Source: an uncultured Chloroflexia bacterium
Lineage (GTDB): Bacteria > Chloroflexota > Dehalococcoidia > GIF9 > UBA5629
NCBI GenBank assembly: GCA_963827985.1
Contig: CAWHDI010000040.1
Coordinates: 16,682 to 80,681 of the forward strand
Length of the DNA: 64,000 nucleotides
Direction of reading: 5' to 3'
Under the pieces are notes generated by a model that was not told where the DNA came from, made no database searches, and was given only the letters and a program-made list of their open reading frames with translations. A program made the translations under genes and the position numbers. Within the stretch, counting starts at the first letter, position 1, and every line of letters begins with the position of its first letter. Shown here one piece after another: positions 40,616 through 51,839 of the stretch.

Positions 40616-41434
40616 CGCTGTATAGTGGATTCTGTCGCAATGGGCTTTATCTCAAATAACACCGGCCACAGCTTACCCGTCACAAATAGCCGTCCCGTTT
40701 TTGCATCGTATGCAATCCCGTTCAATACATCTGGCGTGTTCCCGTATTTTTGTCTGTCCAGCAGCCCGGTCAGGTCTATCCACCGGCGCACCATTCCATC
40801 CTTTGCGGTCGATTATCGCTATCCTGTTTGTAAGCCATACGTTGGCGTATATCTCGCCGTTTATGTACTCCAGTTCATTGATCATATCTATCGGTCTTTC
40901 GGGGTCATGTACATTGATCTGCCCGGTTGTCTTCAGTGTGACCGGGTCCAGTAGCCGCAGGGTGGACGTGCCGTCGCTCATGATCAGGTGGACTTCATCG
41001 TGCGTTATCCCCCATCCCTCCCCTGTATATGGAAACTCGCGCAGCAGCTCCAGTGTATTTTTATCGTAGATAAAGCCTTTTTCCGAGTCCAGTGTCAGCT
41101 GGATTATGCTGTCCTTGTATATAGTGATGCCCTCTCCATAATACTGGTCGGGCAGCCTGATCATCTGCAATATCTTGCCTGTCTCCAGGTCAACCTTCCG
41201 TATGGAGGAGTCCCCGTATAGTCCCGTTCCCTCGTACATAATGCCGTTTTCAAATACCAGTCCCTCGGTGAATGCCTCCGGGTCATGCGGAAACGTATTG
41301 ACTACCTCGTACGTATAAACTGGAATAGTCTGGTTCGAGCTTTTAAAGTCGGCACACGCAAGCGCGTAAACGCAGACCGTAAGGGCTGTCAAGGCTAAGA
41401 AAAGTGCCCTGGCATAATAGCGTTGTGTTGTCAT
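40612..41434 (-). CDS. Glutaminyl-peptide cyclotransferase (glutamine cyclase, beta-propeller type), C-terminal frameshift
   Basis: NTFPHDPEAFTEGLVFENGIMYEGTGLYGDSSIRKVDLETGKIL is typical of plant/bacterial-type QC. The C-terminal blade (DVLNGIAYDAKTGRLFVTGKLWP) is in ORF 40612-40794. Confidence 0.75.
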
Positions 41435-41618
41435 GTTAGATTCAGCCCCGCGGTGAAATTGCCGGTTTACTGAGTGTGCAAATTCATCGTAATATGACAG
41501 ATTTTATCACCTTTGGGGCTGTTGTGGTCCCGCTAGCCTGCATGCGTCGTTTTGCATCCGGTCATCCCTGGGCTGATAATAATAGGTGCGCTCCATTTTC
41601 CCCGTGCCTTGGAGTTGA

Positions 41619-42798
41619 TTGGTGATGATGAATAAGGGAAACTTGGCACATCTGGCGCTGAGATTTGTCATAATCATCGGCATTGTCAATCTATTTGCAG
41701 ATTTCACTTATGAGGGGGGCCGCAGTATCATGGGGCCATTCCTCGCCACGCTTGGAGCAAATGGCACGATTGTCGGTTTCGTCGCAGGGTTCGGAGAATT
41801 ACTGGGATTTGGTCTTCGTTCCGTCTCGGGTTACATCGGCGAAAAAACACGGAAATTTTGGGTTATTACTTTCATCGGGTACACCATTAACATGTTTGCT
41901 GTTCCGGCCCTGGCGCTTGCCGGGAACTGGCAGACTGCCGCAGCCCTCATGATCCTGGAAAGGACCGGGCGGGCCATCAGGCGGCCTAATGTAGAGACAA
42001 TGCTCTCCTACACTACTGGACAAATGGGGGCAGGGTGGGTATTCGGCTTGAATGAGGCGCTGGACCAGGGAGGTGCAACGGTCGGCCCGCTGATTGTTGC
42101 TCTCGTTCTCTACTTGAAAGGGGGATACCGCGAACAGCTTTGCAATCCTGATTATTTCCGCCCTTTTATGTTTGGCGGTACTGGTGGTCGCCAGAATTCT
42201 ATATCCGCGTCCGCAGGATTTCGAACCGAACAGCGCCAAAATTTCTTCAGACAAAAGGATTTTCCCAGGCGTACTGGCTTTATGTCCTGGGAGGAGCATT
42301 GATCGCAGCCGGCTTTGCTGATTTCGCCCTGATTTCCTTTCATTTCCAGAAAGTGGCCAGCGTTTCCAGCGAAATTATCCCGGTCTTATATGCCGTTGCA
42401 ATGGCGACAGGTGCGATTGCCGCCTTTGTTTTCGGCAGATTGCTCGATAAAATAGGATTTACGGCCTTGCTTATTGCTTTTTTCGTCTCTGCATTTTTGC
42501 GCCTTTTGTGTTTCTGGGAGACTTTAGTCTGGCTCTTGTCGGTATGGTCTTGTGGGGAATCGGGCTCGGGGCACAGGATTCGTTAATCAAGGCCGTACTC
42601 TCGGGAATTATCGTCAAGGAGAAACGAAGTACTGCCTTTGGCGTTTTTGACACCGGCTTTGGCATTGCCTGGTTTCTTGGCAGCGCAGCTATGGGACTAT
42701 TATATGACCGGTCGATTCCTGTTCTAATTGCTTTCTCTGTTATTATGCAACTCGCCGCGTTGCCGGTTTTTCTATTTGCAAAAAACAGGATTAAGTAA
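41619..42798 (+). CDS. MFS transporter, split into 3 frames
   Basis: ORFs 41619-42302, 42299-42586 and 42508-42798 are consecutive TM segments of one MFS-like protein. Confidence 0.65.
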
Positions 42799-42824
42799 TG
42801 GGCCGGTAATATGAGCTCAATCTC

Positions 42825-43784
42825 TCATGCAATCGACTCGCGCACCAGTTCAACGACGTCTTTCACTTCGATTAAATTTTCTTTGCCTGAAGTGAGGACT
42901 GCATCTTCAAACATGGTCATGCAATAGGGACAGGAAACGGCCAGTACCTGTGCCCCGCTTTCGATTGCCTGGTTGATACGCAATTCGGAGAACCGCTGCC
43001 CGCTCTTTGACTCCAGCCAGAGACCTCCCGAGCATCCACCGCAGCATAATGAATTTGCGTGATGGTCGCTCATTTCAACCAGGTCCACCCCCGGGATGCT
43101 GCGCAAAATGCGCCTGGGCTCCTCGTAAATGCCCTGGTACCTGCCCAGGCAGCAGGAATCATGATAGGCAACCTTTTCGTCAATGCTTTTGCGGAATTTA
43201 ACCCTGCTTGCGCTTATCAGCTCATCCATGTACAGCGCAATATGAGTTACCTCGAAATTGGCGCCAAATTCCGGGTACTCGTCTTTTAAAGTATTATAAC
43301 AATGAGGTGATCCGGTCAGTATCCTCTTCACGCCTGCTGCCTTCAGCGCCCGGATGTTATTCGATGCCAGGTTAGCAAAGAGCCCCTCTTTACCTGCCTT
43401 GCGGATGCTCTCGCCGCAGCAGGAAATATCTCCGTCGAGTACGCCGAAATCTACCTTTGCGGCATTGAGGACTTTTATCATGGATTCGGCTGCCTTACGG
43501 CACCTCTTGTCATAAGCCTGGTAGCAGCAGGTGAAGAGCATGATGTCAGTCTCTGCTGTATAAGCTCTTATACCCGTTTCCAGCGCCCATTTGGTGCGCC
43601 CTTCCCGCGGTTCGCCCAGCGGGTTGCCCACGCCGGCCAGGTTGGCAGCGACGGTGCGGAGAGAACGGGGGATTGAACCTGCTCCAACCTCGGAGATGAC
43701 CCTGCGCAAGGACCCTATCATTTTCGGTATATCCACGCTGCGGGCAGGCCTGCGCGCAACTATCTGCAGCCGACGCATTTCCAT
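42825..43784 (-). CDS. hdrB: Heterodisulfide reductase subunit B-like protein (two CCG domains)
   Basis: Two cysteine-rich CCG domains (LFTCCYQAYDKRCRK...ISCCGES and DSCCLGRYQG...SLCCGGCSGG). Last gene of the apr-qmo-hdr cluster. Confidence 0.8.
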   Translation of the reverse strand: MEMRRLQIVARRPARSVDIPKMIGSLRRVISEVGAGSIPRSLRTVAANLAGVGNPLGEPREGRTKWALETGIRAYTAETDIMLFTCCYQAYDKRCRKAAESMIKVLNAAKVDFGVLDGDISCCGESIRKAGKEGLFANLASNNIRALKAAGVKRILTGSPHCYNTLKDEYPEFGANFEVTHIALYMDELISASRVKFRKSIDEKVAYHDSCCLGRYQGIYEEPRRILRSIPGVDLVEMSDHHANSLCCGGCSGGLWLESKSGQRFSELRINQAIESGAQVLAVSCPYCMTMFEDAVLTSGKENLIEVKDVVELVRESIA

Positions 43785-43969
43785 ATCTCCTCATTCCCAA
43801 AATCCACCATCCAAGCTGGTGCTTGATGTATCAGGCTGCGCACACCAAAGCTGCCGCCGATGTTCCAGGGGCAGACAGCAGTGCATGTCCCGCACTGGTA
43901 ACAGTGCTCCAGGTCCTGCCCTCCCTGCAGTTTCAGCGTGTCTGTAATCTCAGGTGTTATCTCAGCCAT
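43760..43969 (-). CDS. hdrC: Heterodisulfide reductase subunit C-like 2x[4Fe-4S] ferredoxin (C-terminus in other frames)
   Basis: CYQCGTCTAVCP plus a second cluster CVGC..(frame change)..SCAQACP. The HdrC-like tail VDIPKMIGSLRRV is in the hdrB frame. Confidence 0.7.
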   Translation of the reverse strand: MAEITPEITDTLKLQGGQDLEHCYQCGTCTAVCPWNIGGSFGVRSLIHQAPAWMVDFGNEEIWKCVGCR

Positions 43970-43987
43970 CTTTGCTATCTTCCAGAC

Positions 43988-46118
43988 TTACAAATCCTTG
44001 TAGGGGTTCGGCCCGATCTCGATGATTCTATCGAGGAATTCGTTTAAAATGCCGGGCAGTTTGCCGTATTCTTCCATCGAGAGTTGCACTACGCGGAGCC
44101 GCTCCGGTTCAAGTGCCAGCTTATTGAGGGTGTCCTGCATCTTCTGGATCCTTGTTTCTGTAAGTTCGCTCCCGGTGATATTGTGGCATTGATAATCGTC
44201 CCCGTGCTTGCAGCCAACCATGATAACGCCGTCGATGCCTCTGGAAAGTGCATCTGTAATCCAGACCATGTTTATCGATCCCAGGCACCTGACCGGTATT
44301 GTCCGGATGAACGGATTGAATTGCATGCGATGGATGCAGGCCATATCAAGTGCCGGGTAAGCATCGTTTTCACACAGGAACGCAAGTATGCGCGGCTTAT
44401 TTTCATCGGCCTCAGGTATCTCAATGGCCTTTATCATCGATCCTGTGCTGTCAACCGAATAATCGGCAAATGATATGATCCTTTCGGGACATGCGCCCAT
44501 GCAGATGCCGCATCTTCTGCACCGCGTCGGATTTGGCAGCGGATTGAACTTGTCGTCCTCGTCATACATGCCGAAGGGGCACTCTTCAGTGCATCTTTTG
44601 CATTGAGTGCACCTTGCCATGTAAAGCTCGGGGTAGCTTTTATCGCCTGCCCTGGGATGCGTAGACACTCCCCTGGCAGCCATTTCTATGCATTGAATAG
44701 CCTTGAGGGCTGCGCCGTTGGCATCCTCGTGGCTGGAGAGACTATCCATAGGCTGCCTGGCACAGCCCGGCAGCGTAGATGCCTGTCCGGCGGGTTTCGT
44801 AGGGGAAACAGATAAAATGGGAGTCAGGGAACCCGTATTTAAGTTCCGGCAGTTCTTTGCCCTGCCTGTATGACAGGTTGAGCACTGGCGGGGTGGATGG
44901 GACCATGCCGGTTGCCAGGATAACCAGGTCGACATTCAACTTTACTCTCTCGCCCAGCAGCAGGTCTTGCGCTTCCACCGTAATCCCGTTAGCAGTGGTA
45001 GTAACTTCCGGCGTCTCAGTTTTGGACAGGAATATGGACCCCGCCTCCTGGACATTCCTGTAAAAGTCCTCGTATAGCGAGGGTGTGCGGATGTCTTTAT
45101 ATAGAATATAGGCTTTTGCATCAGCATTATTCCCGGTAAGGTAGAGCGCCTGCTTCAGTGAGGTCATGCAGCAGAAGGACGAGCAATACGGCAGATGTTC
45201 GCTGTTCCGCTGCCCGGCGCACTGGATGAATACTGCACTCTGAACAACCTTGCCGTCCGAAGGACGTTTTATCACGCCATCGAAGGCCAGTTGTTCCATT
45301 TGGAGGTTGGTGATGATGTCAGGATGGCTGCCGAAACCGAGGTACCCCAACCGGGCGGCATTGTACGGTTGAAAGCCGGTGGCCACAATTATTGCGCCTG
45401 CTTTGATTTGTTCAGTCCCGCCGGGACCCTTCAGGGAGACATCAAACATGCCGGGGGAGCCCTCGATTCTCTCCACTTCGGTGGACTTGCAGACCCTGAT
45501 CATAGCGTGATTTTCGACGCTGCCGACAACCCCGGCTGTCCCGGTCTCTTCCGGTTCCTTGTACGGGGGGCGCTTGGGATACTGGCGATATAGCTTGTTC
45601 ATCCATCCGCCCAGTGACGGGCTTTTTTCCACCAGGCAAACCTCGTATCCTGCTTCTGCCCCGCCCAGTGCGGCGCTCATGCCCGTGATACCGCCGCCGA
45701 TCACCAGGATGGTCTTGTTGACCTGCGACAAGAACGGTGTTGCGCGTGATATTTTTACAGCCCTGGCAAGCCCCATGCGGAGGTGGTCTTCCGCCATTGC
45801 TTGTGTATCTGGATCGCCCGCTGGATGGGACCATGCCACCTGCTCTCTTAAATTCACCCTTTCCTGCACTACGGGATGGTCAAAATTGAAACATTCTTGT
45901 TTCACTCTCGGTGAGCAGGCCCCGATCACTACGGTATGCGCACCGCCAGCCAGGCCCTCATCGATCAGCATCCTCCCTTCCACGCTGCACAAGCATGGGT
46001 GAATCTGGTAGATGTCAGCATGATATTGCGTGGCAGCTATATTGAGCAGCCTGTCCATGGACAGGGCTTCCCCGATGCCGCATCCGCTGCACAGGTATAC
46101 GGCAAGCTTATTTTCCAT
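43988..46118 (-). CDS. qmoB: QmoB-like protein: HdrA-like FAD oxidoreductase fused to ferredoxin and MvhD domains (one frameshift near 44745)
   Basis: ORF 44742-46172 (start MENKLAVYLCSGCG, FAD motif ILVIGGGITGMSAALG, ends ...GIYAAGLCQ) continues in ORF 43988-44935 as PMDSLSS...ALKAIQ, then 2x[4Fe-4S] (CTQCKRCTEECP, CRRCGICMGACP) and the MvhD/FlpD domain (RILAFLCENDAYPALD...VGCKHGDDYQCHNITGS). Confidence 0.75.
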
Positions 46119-47379
46119 TGGCCTGCCTTCTCCTGGCTGAGTGGATTGATTTAAGGACGGCGCCTGTCGCATCCCTGGTTGACGAACTCACGTCCATCGG
46201 CCTCTTGGCACATCCCGCAGCATAGATTCCCTTCGGGCCATTGACCACGAACCCGCGATCATGGGCACTGGCCCCGCCGGGAAGCCATTCTGTCGCAGCA
46301 GGGACCATGCCGGTGGCCAGCACGGCCATATCTACCCTTTGCCTGACGATTTTGCCCTGCGACGTATCCTCAACTTCAACTATAAGGTCCTTTGTTGCCG
46401 GGTCTTCCTTTATTCTTGAAACCTTCCCGCGTATGAGCGAAACGCCTTTCATGTCATGGATATGCTGGTAAAAATCTTCCTGTGTACCAGGCGCCCGTAT
46501 GTCAATGTAATAGACGATGGCACTGGCGTCAGGGTTTCTCTCCTTTATGTAGGTGGCCTGCTTGAGCGAAGCCATGCAGCAGACGCCGGAGCAGTAGGAC
46601 AGGTGGTTTACGTCTCGTGAACCGGCGCATTGTACAAAAGCCACTGTGGATACCGCCTTTCCGTCCGAAGGGCGGACAATCGGCCCGCCACGCAGCCCGG
46701 TGGTTGCTGCCAGCCTTTCCATCATCATGTTGGTTATGACGTTGGGGAACTGGCCGAAGCCTAGCCTGTCAAGGCGGGCAGCGTCATAGGGCTGCCATCC
46801 TGTGGCCACTAATATCGAACCGCAATCAACGGTGATTTGCCGGTCGCACATCTGCAGGTCGATGGCCCCGTAGCGGCAGGCGGTGACGCATTTACTGCAC
46901 TCGATGCCCCGGCATGTTTTACTGTCCACCGTGTAAATCTGTGGAAAGGCCTGCTCATGCGGCAGGTAAATGGCGCCGGTGTTGTTCCACCCATAATTAA
47001 AATCGTCCGGCCTCTGTACCGGGCAAACACCTGCACAGTCACCACAGGCCGTGCACCTGTCGTTCACCTTGCGGGGCGACAACCGGACCGTGGCCTTGAA
47101 ATCGCCTTCCGTGCCCGAAATAGATTCCAGGCCGGCGTGCGTGAACACCCGTATCCGCGGATTGTTCCTGATGCGCTTGAAATTTAACTCGAGGCCGCAG
47201 GTAGGTGGGCACAGCTTGGGGAAATAGCGGTTCATCCTGATGGCCATGCCGCCCAGGAATGGTTCCTTTTCGATCAGAACTATGTTTTGGCCGGCGTCAG
47301 CCGCTTCAACCGCCGCGGTTATCCCGCTTACTCCTCCTCCCACTACCAGGATATCGGCTGAAATGACAGGCTCATCCAT
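46108..47379 (-). CDS. qmoA: QmoA-like HdrA-type FAD-dependent oxidoreductase
   Basis: 423 aa. ILVVGGGVSGITAAVEAADAG FAD fold, YFPKLCPPTCGLE motif, inserted 2x[4Fe-4S] ferredoxin (CTACGDCAGVCP, CSKCVTACRYG). Size and motifs match QmoA. Confidence 0.8.
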   Translation of the reverse strand: MDEPVISADILVVGGGVSGITAAVEAADAGQNIVLIEKEPFLGGMAIRMNRYFPKLCPPTCGLELNFKRIRNNPRIRVFTHAGLESISGTEGDFKATVRLSPRKVNDRCTACGDCAGVCPVQRPDDFNYGWNNTGAIYLPHEQAFPQIYTVDSKTCRGIECSKCVTACRYGAIDLQMCDRQITVDCGSILVATGWQPYDAARLDRLGFGQFPNVITNMMMERLAATTGLRGGPIVRPSDGKAVSTVAFVQCAGSRDVNHLSYCSGVCCMASLKQATYIKERNPDASAIVYYIDIRAPGTQEDFYQHIHDMKGVSLIRGKVSRIKEDPATKDLIVEVEDTSQGKIVRQRVDMAVLATGMVPAATEWLPGGASAHDRGFVVNGPKGIYAAGCAKRPMDVSSSTRDATGAVLKSIHSARRRQANGK

Positions 47380-47394
47380 ATCCGGCCAACGTCA

Positions 47395-49279
47395 TCAGTC
47401 AACCAGTTGGATGACGTCCCTCTTAAACACCGACCATTTTGCGGAAGCGGGGTCCCAGCGGCAATTGACGAAACATCGCCAATTATCCTGGTCCAGCCGG
47501 GGGACATCCGCCCGGAAGTAATAACCGGGCCACCTGGTCTCTTCCCTGAAAAGTACAGAACGGACATGTGATTCGGCCTGCCACATCCTGTGCTGGTTCT
47601 CCCAGCACCGCATGAGCTCGTGCAGGTTTTCGGCCGCCAGTTTTTCTGCATCCTCACGGAGGAAGGCCAGCAGTTCAAGGCCCTTCTCCAGGGAAGAGTT
47701 TGTTGGTCGTAAACTGGGTGGAGGCGCCCCCTGCGTACTCATCCATGATCTTTTGCAGCCGGAACATGAACTGCTTCGGCTTGATATAGTTCTCGCTGAC
47801 GTCCGGGTTGTCTGTCAGTTTGCCGTGCTGGTCAAATAGTTCGAGGGGCTTGAGCAGGCGATTCTTGAGGTCTTCGACCTGTGCAATATCGATTTTCACC
47901 GGCTCCGGATGGTCGACTATATAGGCAATCGCTGCTTTGGCGGCGATCCTTCCCTCGCAATGCGAGCCGTCGGAAAACTTGTGGCTGGATGCGCCGGACG
48001 CATCGCCTGCGCAGAATATCCCTTTCACCGTGGCCATGCGGTTATAACCCCAGAAGTACTCTTTGGGAGAAAGGTCTTCCGGGCCGCTGACCCAGGCTCC
48101 TGAGCTCCTGAATGCGAGCCGATGAAGTAAGGTTCGCAGGCCTGTATCTCTGAAGGCTTCTCCTCCGGCTGGTGTTGGTGCCTGCCCAGAGAATTGATTG
48201 GGAGATCGTCATATCCAGGAAATCTTCCCAGGCTTCCGATTCGACCTCTTTCATGCGTTTCCTTCGTTCTTTTTCATCGCTGATGGCGGCAGAGCATCCT
48301 GGCAATGGCCTCTTCAGTTCTCATGTACATGGGGCCTTTGCCCTCTTTCTGATCGAGCATCATCAGGTAATTTCTCAGGTTGGCGGGGATAGGTTTGGCC
48401 GATCCGTATGGCCCCCAGTTCTCAAGGTCTTTCTTTCGTTCTTGCATGTAGTCCTGGCCGAGAGCGTTGGTAGCGATGGACTTGAACAGCAGGAACCATG
48501 CGCCGACAGGCCCGTAAGCATCTTTGAAACGCACCGGGATAAAACGTACTTCCTGGCAGGTCATCTCACAGCCGCTCTTCAAAGTAAAATAGGCGCTTGA
48601 GCCGCTGTTGAAGGGGGGATACCAGCTTCTGCCTAGCCCTTCGCCCACCGAGCGCGGCCTGAATACGTGCACAGCTCCGCCCATGGCCACCAGGACTGCT
48701 TTGGCCCTGAATACGTAGAACTTATTTTCCGCGTGCTGAAACCGACGGCTCCCGCTACCCTGTCTCCCTCGATAAGGGGCTCCACTATAAATACACGCTC
48801 ATAAATATTGTCATTTCCAATGGTCGCCAGTGCGTTGCGGGCAGCCTCTGCAACAATGTTTTTATATGATTCACCGTTGATCATGACCTGCCAGCCGCCT
48901 TCGAAAACGTAGTTGCCTTTTTCATCTTTCCAGATGGGTAGCCCCCACTTTTCGAAGAGGTGCACGGTGCTGTCCACATGGCGGGCAATATCATAGACAA
49001 GGTCTTCGCGGGCGATGCCCATCAAGTCGTTCCTGACGTAGCGTACGTAGTCTTCCGGGGTCTTGTCCCTGCTTTTCATGCCGACATACATATTGAGGGC
49101 GGAAAGCCCTGTGCGACTGCGCCGCTGCGCTCAATGGCGGCCTTGTCGACCAGCGTTACCTTCAGGTTGTGCTTTTTGGCCCAGTAGGCCGCCTCCACGG
49201 CGGCTCCACAGGCGGCCATGCCGCCGCCAATGATCAGCAGGTCGGTGTTAACTTCTACGGTCTGTATATCTGACATCAT
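47395..49279 (-). CDS. aprA: Adenylylsulfate (APS) reductase alpha subunit, broken into at least 6 frames in this assembly
   Basis: N-terminus MMSDIQTVEVNTDLLIIGGGMAACGAAVEAAYWAK...LVDKAAIERSGAVAQG is diagnostic for AprA. Colinear fragments 48633-49091, 48274-48690, 48042-48305, 47675-48037 and 47395-47742 complete the protein. Confidence 0.85.
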
Positions 49280-49295
49280 CGGTGTCTCCCGAAAT

Positions 49296-49745
49296 TCATT
49301 TCTTGAGTGTCGGCAGCTTTTCGATACCCAGCGATTCCGGCTCGGTAAAGAGGAGGGGACTCTTCAGGTCCTCTGCCTCAGCAACAGTTTGGAAGCCCCC
49401 GTCGGGTACGGCCGATCCCTCGGGAGTAGTCCGCGTGCGAAACTTAAAGCGCTTGATGGACCCGTTGCGGAATTTCACAGTCCACAGGATGCTGTCGCTG
49501 CCTCTAAGCGGCGTAACACTCGCTCCCAGCGGTACAAAATCGGCATATCCTCTGACCGCGATGGCCTGCTGGGGACAAATTTTCACACAGCTATAACACT
49601 CCCAGCACATGGAAGGATCACGGTTGTACGCCTTTTGAGTATCTGCGTTCAGTGCCATCAGGTCATTCGGGCAGATGTACTGGCAGGCGGTCTTGTCCTT
49701 GCCCTTGCAGCCGTCGCACTTGCTCATTATTACGAAACTTGGCAT
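49296..49745 (-). CDS. aprB: Adenylylsulfate (APS) reductase beta subunit
   Basis: MPSFVIMSKCDGCKGKDKTACQYICPNDLMALN...CWECYSCVKICPQQAI...RGSDSILWTVKFRNGSIKRFKF matches the AprB iron-sulfur subunit almost motif for motif. Confidence 0.9.
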   Translation of the reverse strand: MPSFVIMSKCDGCKGKDKTACQYICPNDLMALNADTQKAYNRDPSMCWECYSCVKICPQQAIAVRGYADFVPLGASVTPLRGSDSILWTVKFRNGSIKRFKFRTRTTPEGSAVPDGGFQTVAEAEDLKSPLLFTEPESLGIEKLPTLKK

Positions 49746-49760
49746 AGCTTTTTACCTCTT

Positions 49761-50615
49761 TTACATATAACCGAGGCCGCGCAAACGTTTCATCATTTTT
49801 TCTTTATCCTGGCGCCGGCCTGCTCTCTCTGTAGTGTGTTCGAGGTCCTGTTCCCAGGCAGGGACGCCGGGGGCCGCTATTGCGCTGGTGGTCTTGGCTC
49901 CCAGCGAACGGTAACCTTTCTCGTACAGAATGCAGTAGGGTATTTTAAATACCTGGTACGTATTCCACAGGTCCCTTTCCGTGAAGTGCAGGATGGGCTT
50001 GATGCGGACGTGTTCGGGGATGAGATAAGCAGCCTCTTTTTTCTCAAAATAATCATCCTCGGCGCGGGCGTTCTGCTCGTCCCGCCTCAGCCCCTGGAAA
50101 ATTGCCTTGACCCCAAACTGCTCAATATACATGTTGAACATGACTGTTTTCATCAGGTGATTGCCGGTGTATGATTCCGCCTCGAAGGGAAAAGTGTCTT
50201 CCTTGTAGTCGATACGCTTCAGTTCAGCCTGGTTCCTCTCGTTCAGGTCCTTGACCTTGACGATGTTATTTAATTTGCCGCCGGCGGCCTTGATAACATC
50301 GTCGTTGCGCATCCACGTCAGGTCCAGTTTCCATTCTGCCGCATATCGGTTCATGAAATCGTGTATCTCATCGAACGTATCAAATTCGTCGATGGTCATG
50401 ACCTTGGGGAGCTTAATTTTATCCTCTGCGCAGACCTGGCGGATGATCCAGAGTGCAAGGGTGCTGTCCTTGCCGCCCGTCCATGTGATAGCCATGTCGT
50501 CTATTTTGAACTTGGTGAATGACTCCCGCACAACTTCTTTTGATTTATCGACAAGCGCCTTGCAATTCTTTTCCAGGTCAGTCATTGTATCCTCCCGTTT
50601 CATATCTTTGTCCAT
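49761..50615 (-). CDS. Phosphoadenosine-phosphosulfate-reductase-family (ATP-PPase fold) protein lacking the C-terminal catalytic Cys motif
   Basis: P-loop-like ITWTGGKDSTLALWII and GLRRDEQNARAED motifs of the PAPS_reduct family. No ECGLH/Cys-cluster tail. Ends 16 nt upstream of aprB. Confidence 0.7.
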   Translation of the reverse strand: MDKDMKREDTMTDLEKNCKALVDKSKEVVRESFTKFKIDDMAITWTGGKDSTLALWIIRQVCAEDKIKLPKVMTIDEFDTFDEIHDFMNRYAAEWKLDLTWMRNDDVIKAAGGKLNNIVKVKDLNERNQAELKRIDYKEDTFPFEAESYTGNHLMKTVMFNMYIEQFGVKAIFQGLRRDEQNARAEDDYFEKKEAAYLIPEHVRIKPILHFTERDLWNTYQVFKIPYCILYEKGYRSLGAKTTSAIAAPGVPAWEQDLEHTTERAGRRQDKEKMMKRLRGLGYM

Positions 50616-51808
50616 CGTCTTATTCTTGGTTTTAGCATTGCTTCCAATGTGGCTGTTTCTGTAGAAGACCGCGCAATATTGTTTAGCTCACCGGGGTCTT
50701 TCCTGAGGTCATATAGCTCCGGCGATTTGGTATCCGCCCTGTAGATAAGTTTCATGTCCCCCTTGCGGCAAAAATACACGTCTTTGCCGATATCGCCGCC
50801 TTTGACGCTTTTCTGGTCGATGGCTTCCCCGAAGGCGCATTTATTGGCGTATTTGCATGCAGGCAGCAGGGATTGGCCTTTGAATGACTGAGGCGGTTCG
50901 AGCCCGAACAGGTTCAGGATGGTCGGAGGTATATCTGCGCTGCTGACAACTTCGCCCCGGCATGAATTTCCTCCTGTCCCATATATAAGGAGGGGAACAT
51001 CGATCAGTTCCGAATATAGCTTATCGTCGTGGGACAGGCCGCCGTGTTCGTTGAATTCATCACCATGGTCGCTTGTAATGATAACGGCCGTGTCCTTGAG
51101 GATACCCATGCCGTCCATTGATCGGAAGAACGATTCTACATAGGTATCGACTTCCCTGACGTGGACGTCATACAATTTCTTCAGCAGCGCCACTTTTGCA
51201 GGGTCGGAGACATCCCTCTTCAGCAGAGTGTTCTCGAATAGTTCATACATTTCATCCTGGTTGATGGTTATGGACGGGTCTACCATGTCGACATAGCGCC
51301 TTTCGGGCATATAGGGTTCATGGACATCCATGTAATGGAGCCAGAGAAAGAATGGGGCATAGGTTTTTGATTTAGTGTGTTGCGACAACCAGTCCGTAAC
51401 CTTTTTGTTAATGACATTGCCGCGTATGTAAGGTATGCGCTCGTCATCGAGGTCATCATCCAGGGAGTCATAGAAGGTATCCCATCCGCGGTCCCAGCCG
51501 AGCATTGCGCTGCAATAAGGGTTGGAATGGAATCCTGCGGTATAAACGCCTACCTGTTTCAGAACTTCCGAGACCAATGTGCGCCGGGGATCCAGCCCTT
51601 CCGGTTTGCCGTAATCAAGGTAATAACCCGAACACAGGATGGCGGGAAAGGATGCCTGGGTATACGGCCCTGCGCTCTGGCACCCGGTGAACACCGTGCT
51701 GCGGTCTTTGAGGGAATCAATGAACGGGGTCAATCCCCTGGTATTCCCGTACAGCCCGAATACATCCTTCCGGGTTGCATCCAGTGTTAATAAGACAACA
51801 TTTTTCAT
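50600..51808 (-). CDS. Sulfatase (alkaline-phosphatase-superfamily sulfuric ester hydrolase)
   Basis: LTLDATRKD, GPYTQASFPAIL and ITSDHGDEFNEHG sulfatase motifs. No classical C/S-x-P-x-R site seen, so possibly a sulfatase-like hydrolase or transferase. Confidence 0.8.
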   Translation of the reverse strand: MKNVVLLTLDATRKDVFGLYGNTRGLTPFIDSLKDRSTVFTGCQSAGPYTQASFPAILCSGYYLDYGKPEGLDPRRTLVSEVLKQVGVYTAGFHSNPYCSAMLGWDRGWDTFYDSLDDDLDDERIPYIRGNVINKKVTDWLSQHTKSKTYAPFFLWLHYMDVHEPYMPERRYVDMVDPSITINQDEMYELFENTLLKRDVSDPAKVALLKKLYDVHVREVDTYVESFFRSMDGMGILKDTAVIITSDHGDEFNEHGGLSHDDKLYSELIDVPLLIYGTGGNSCRGEVVSSADIPPTILNLFGLEPPQSFKGQSLLPACKYANKCAFGEAIDQKSVKGGDIGKDVYFCRKGDMKLIYRADTKSPELYDLRKDPGELNNIARSSTETATLEAMLKPRIRRWTKI

Positions 51809-51839
51809 AGCTATTATTTACTGAAACAGGGGCCGGGCT

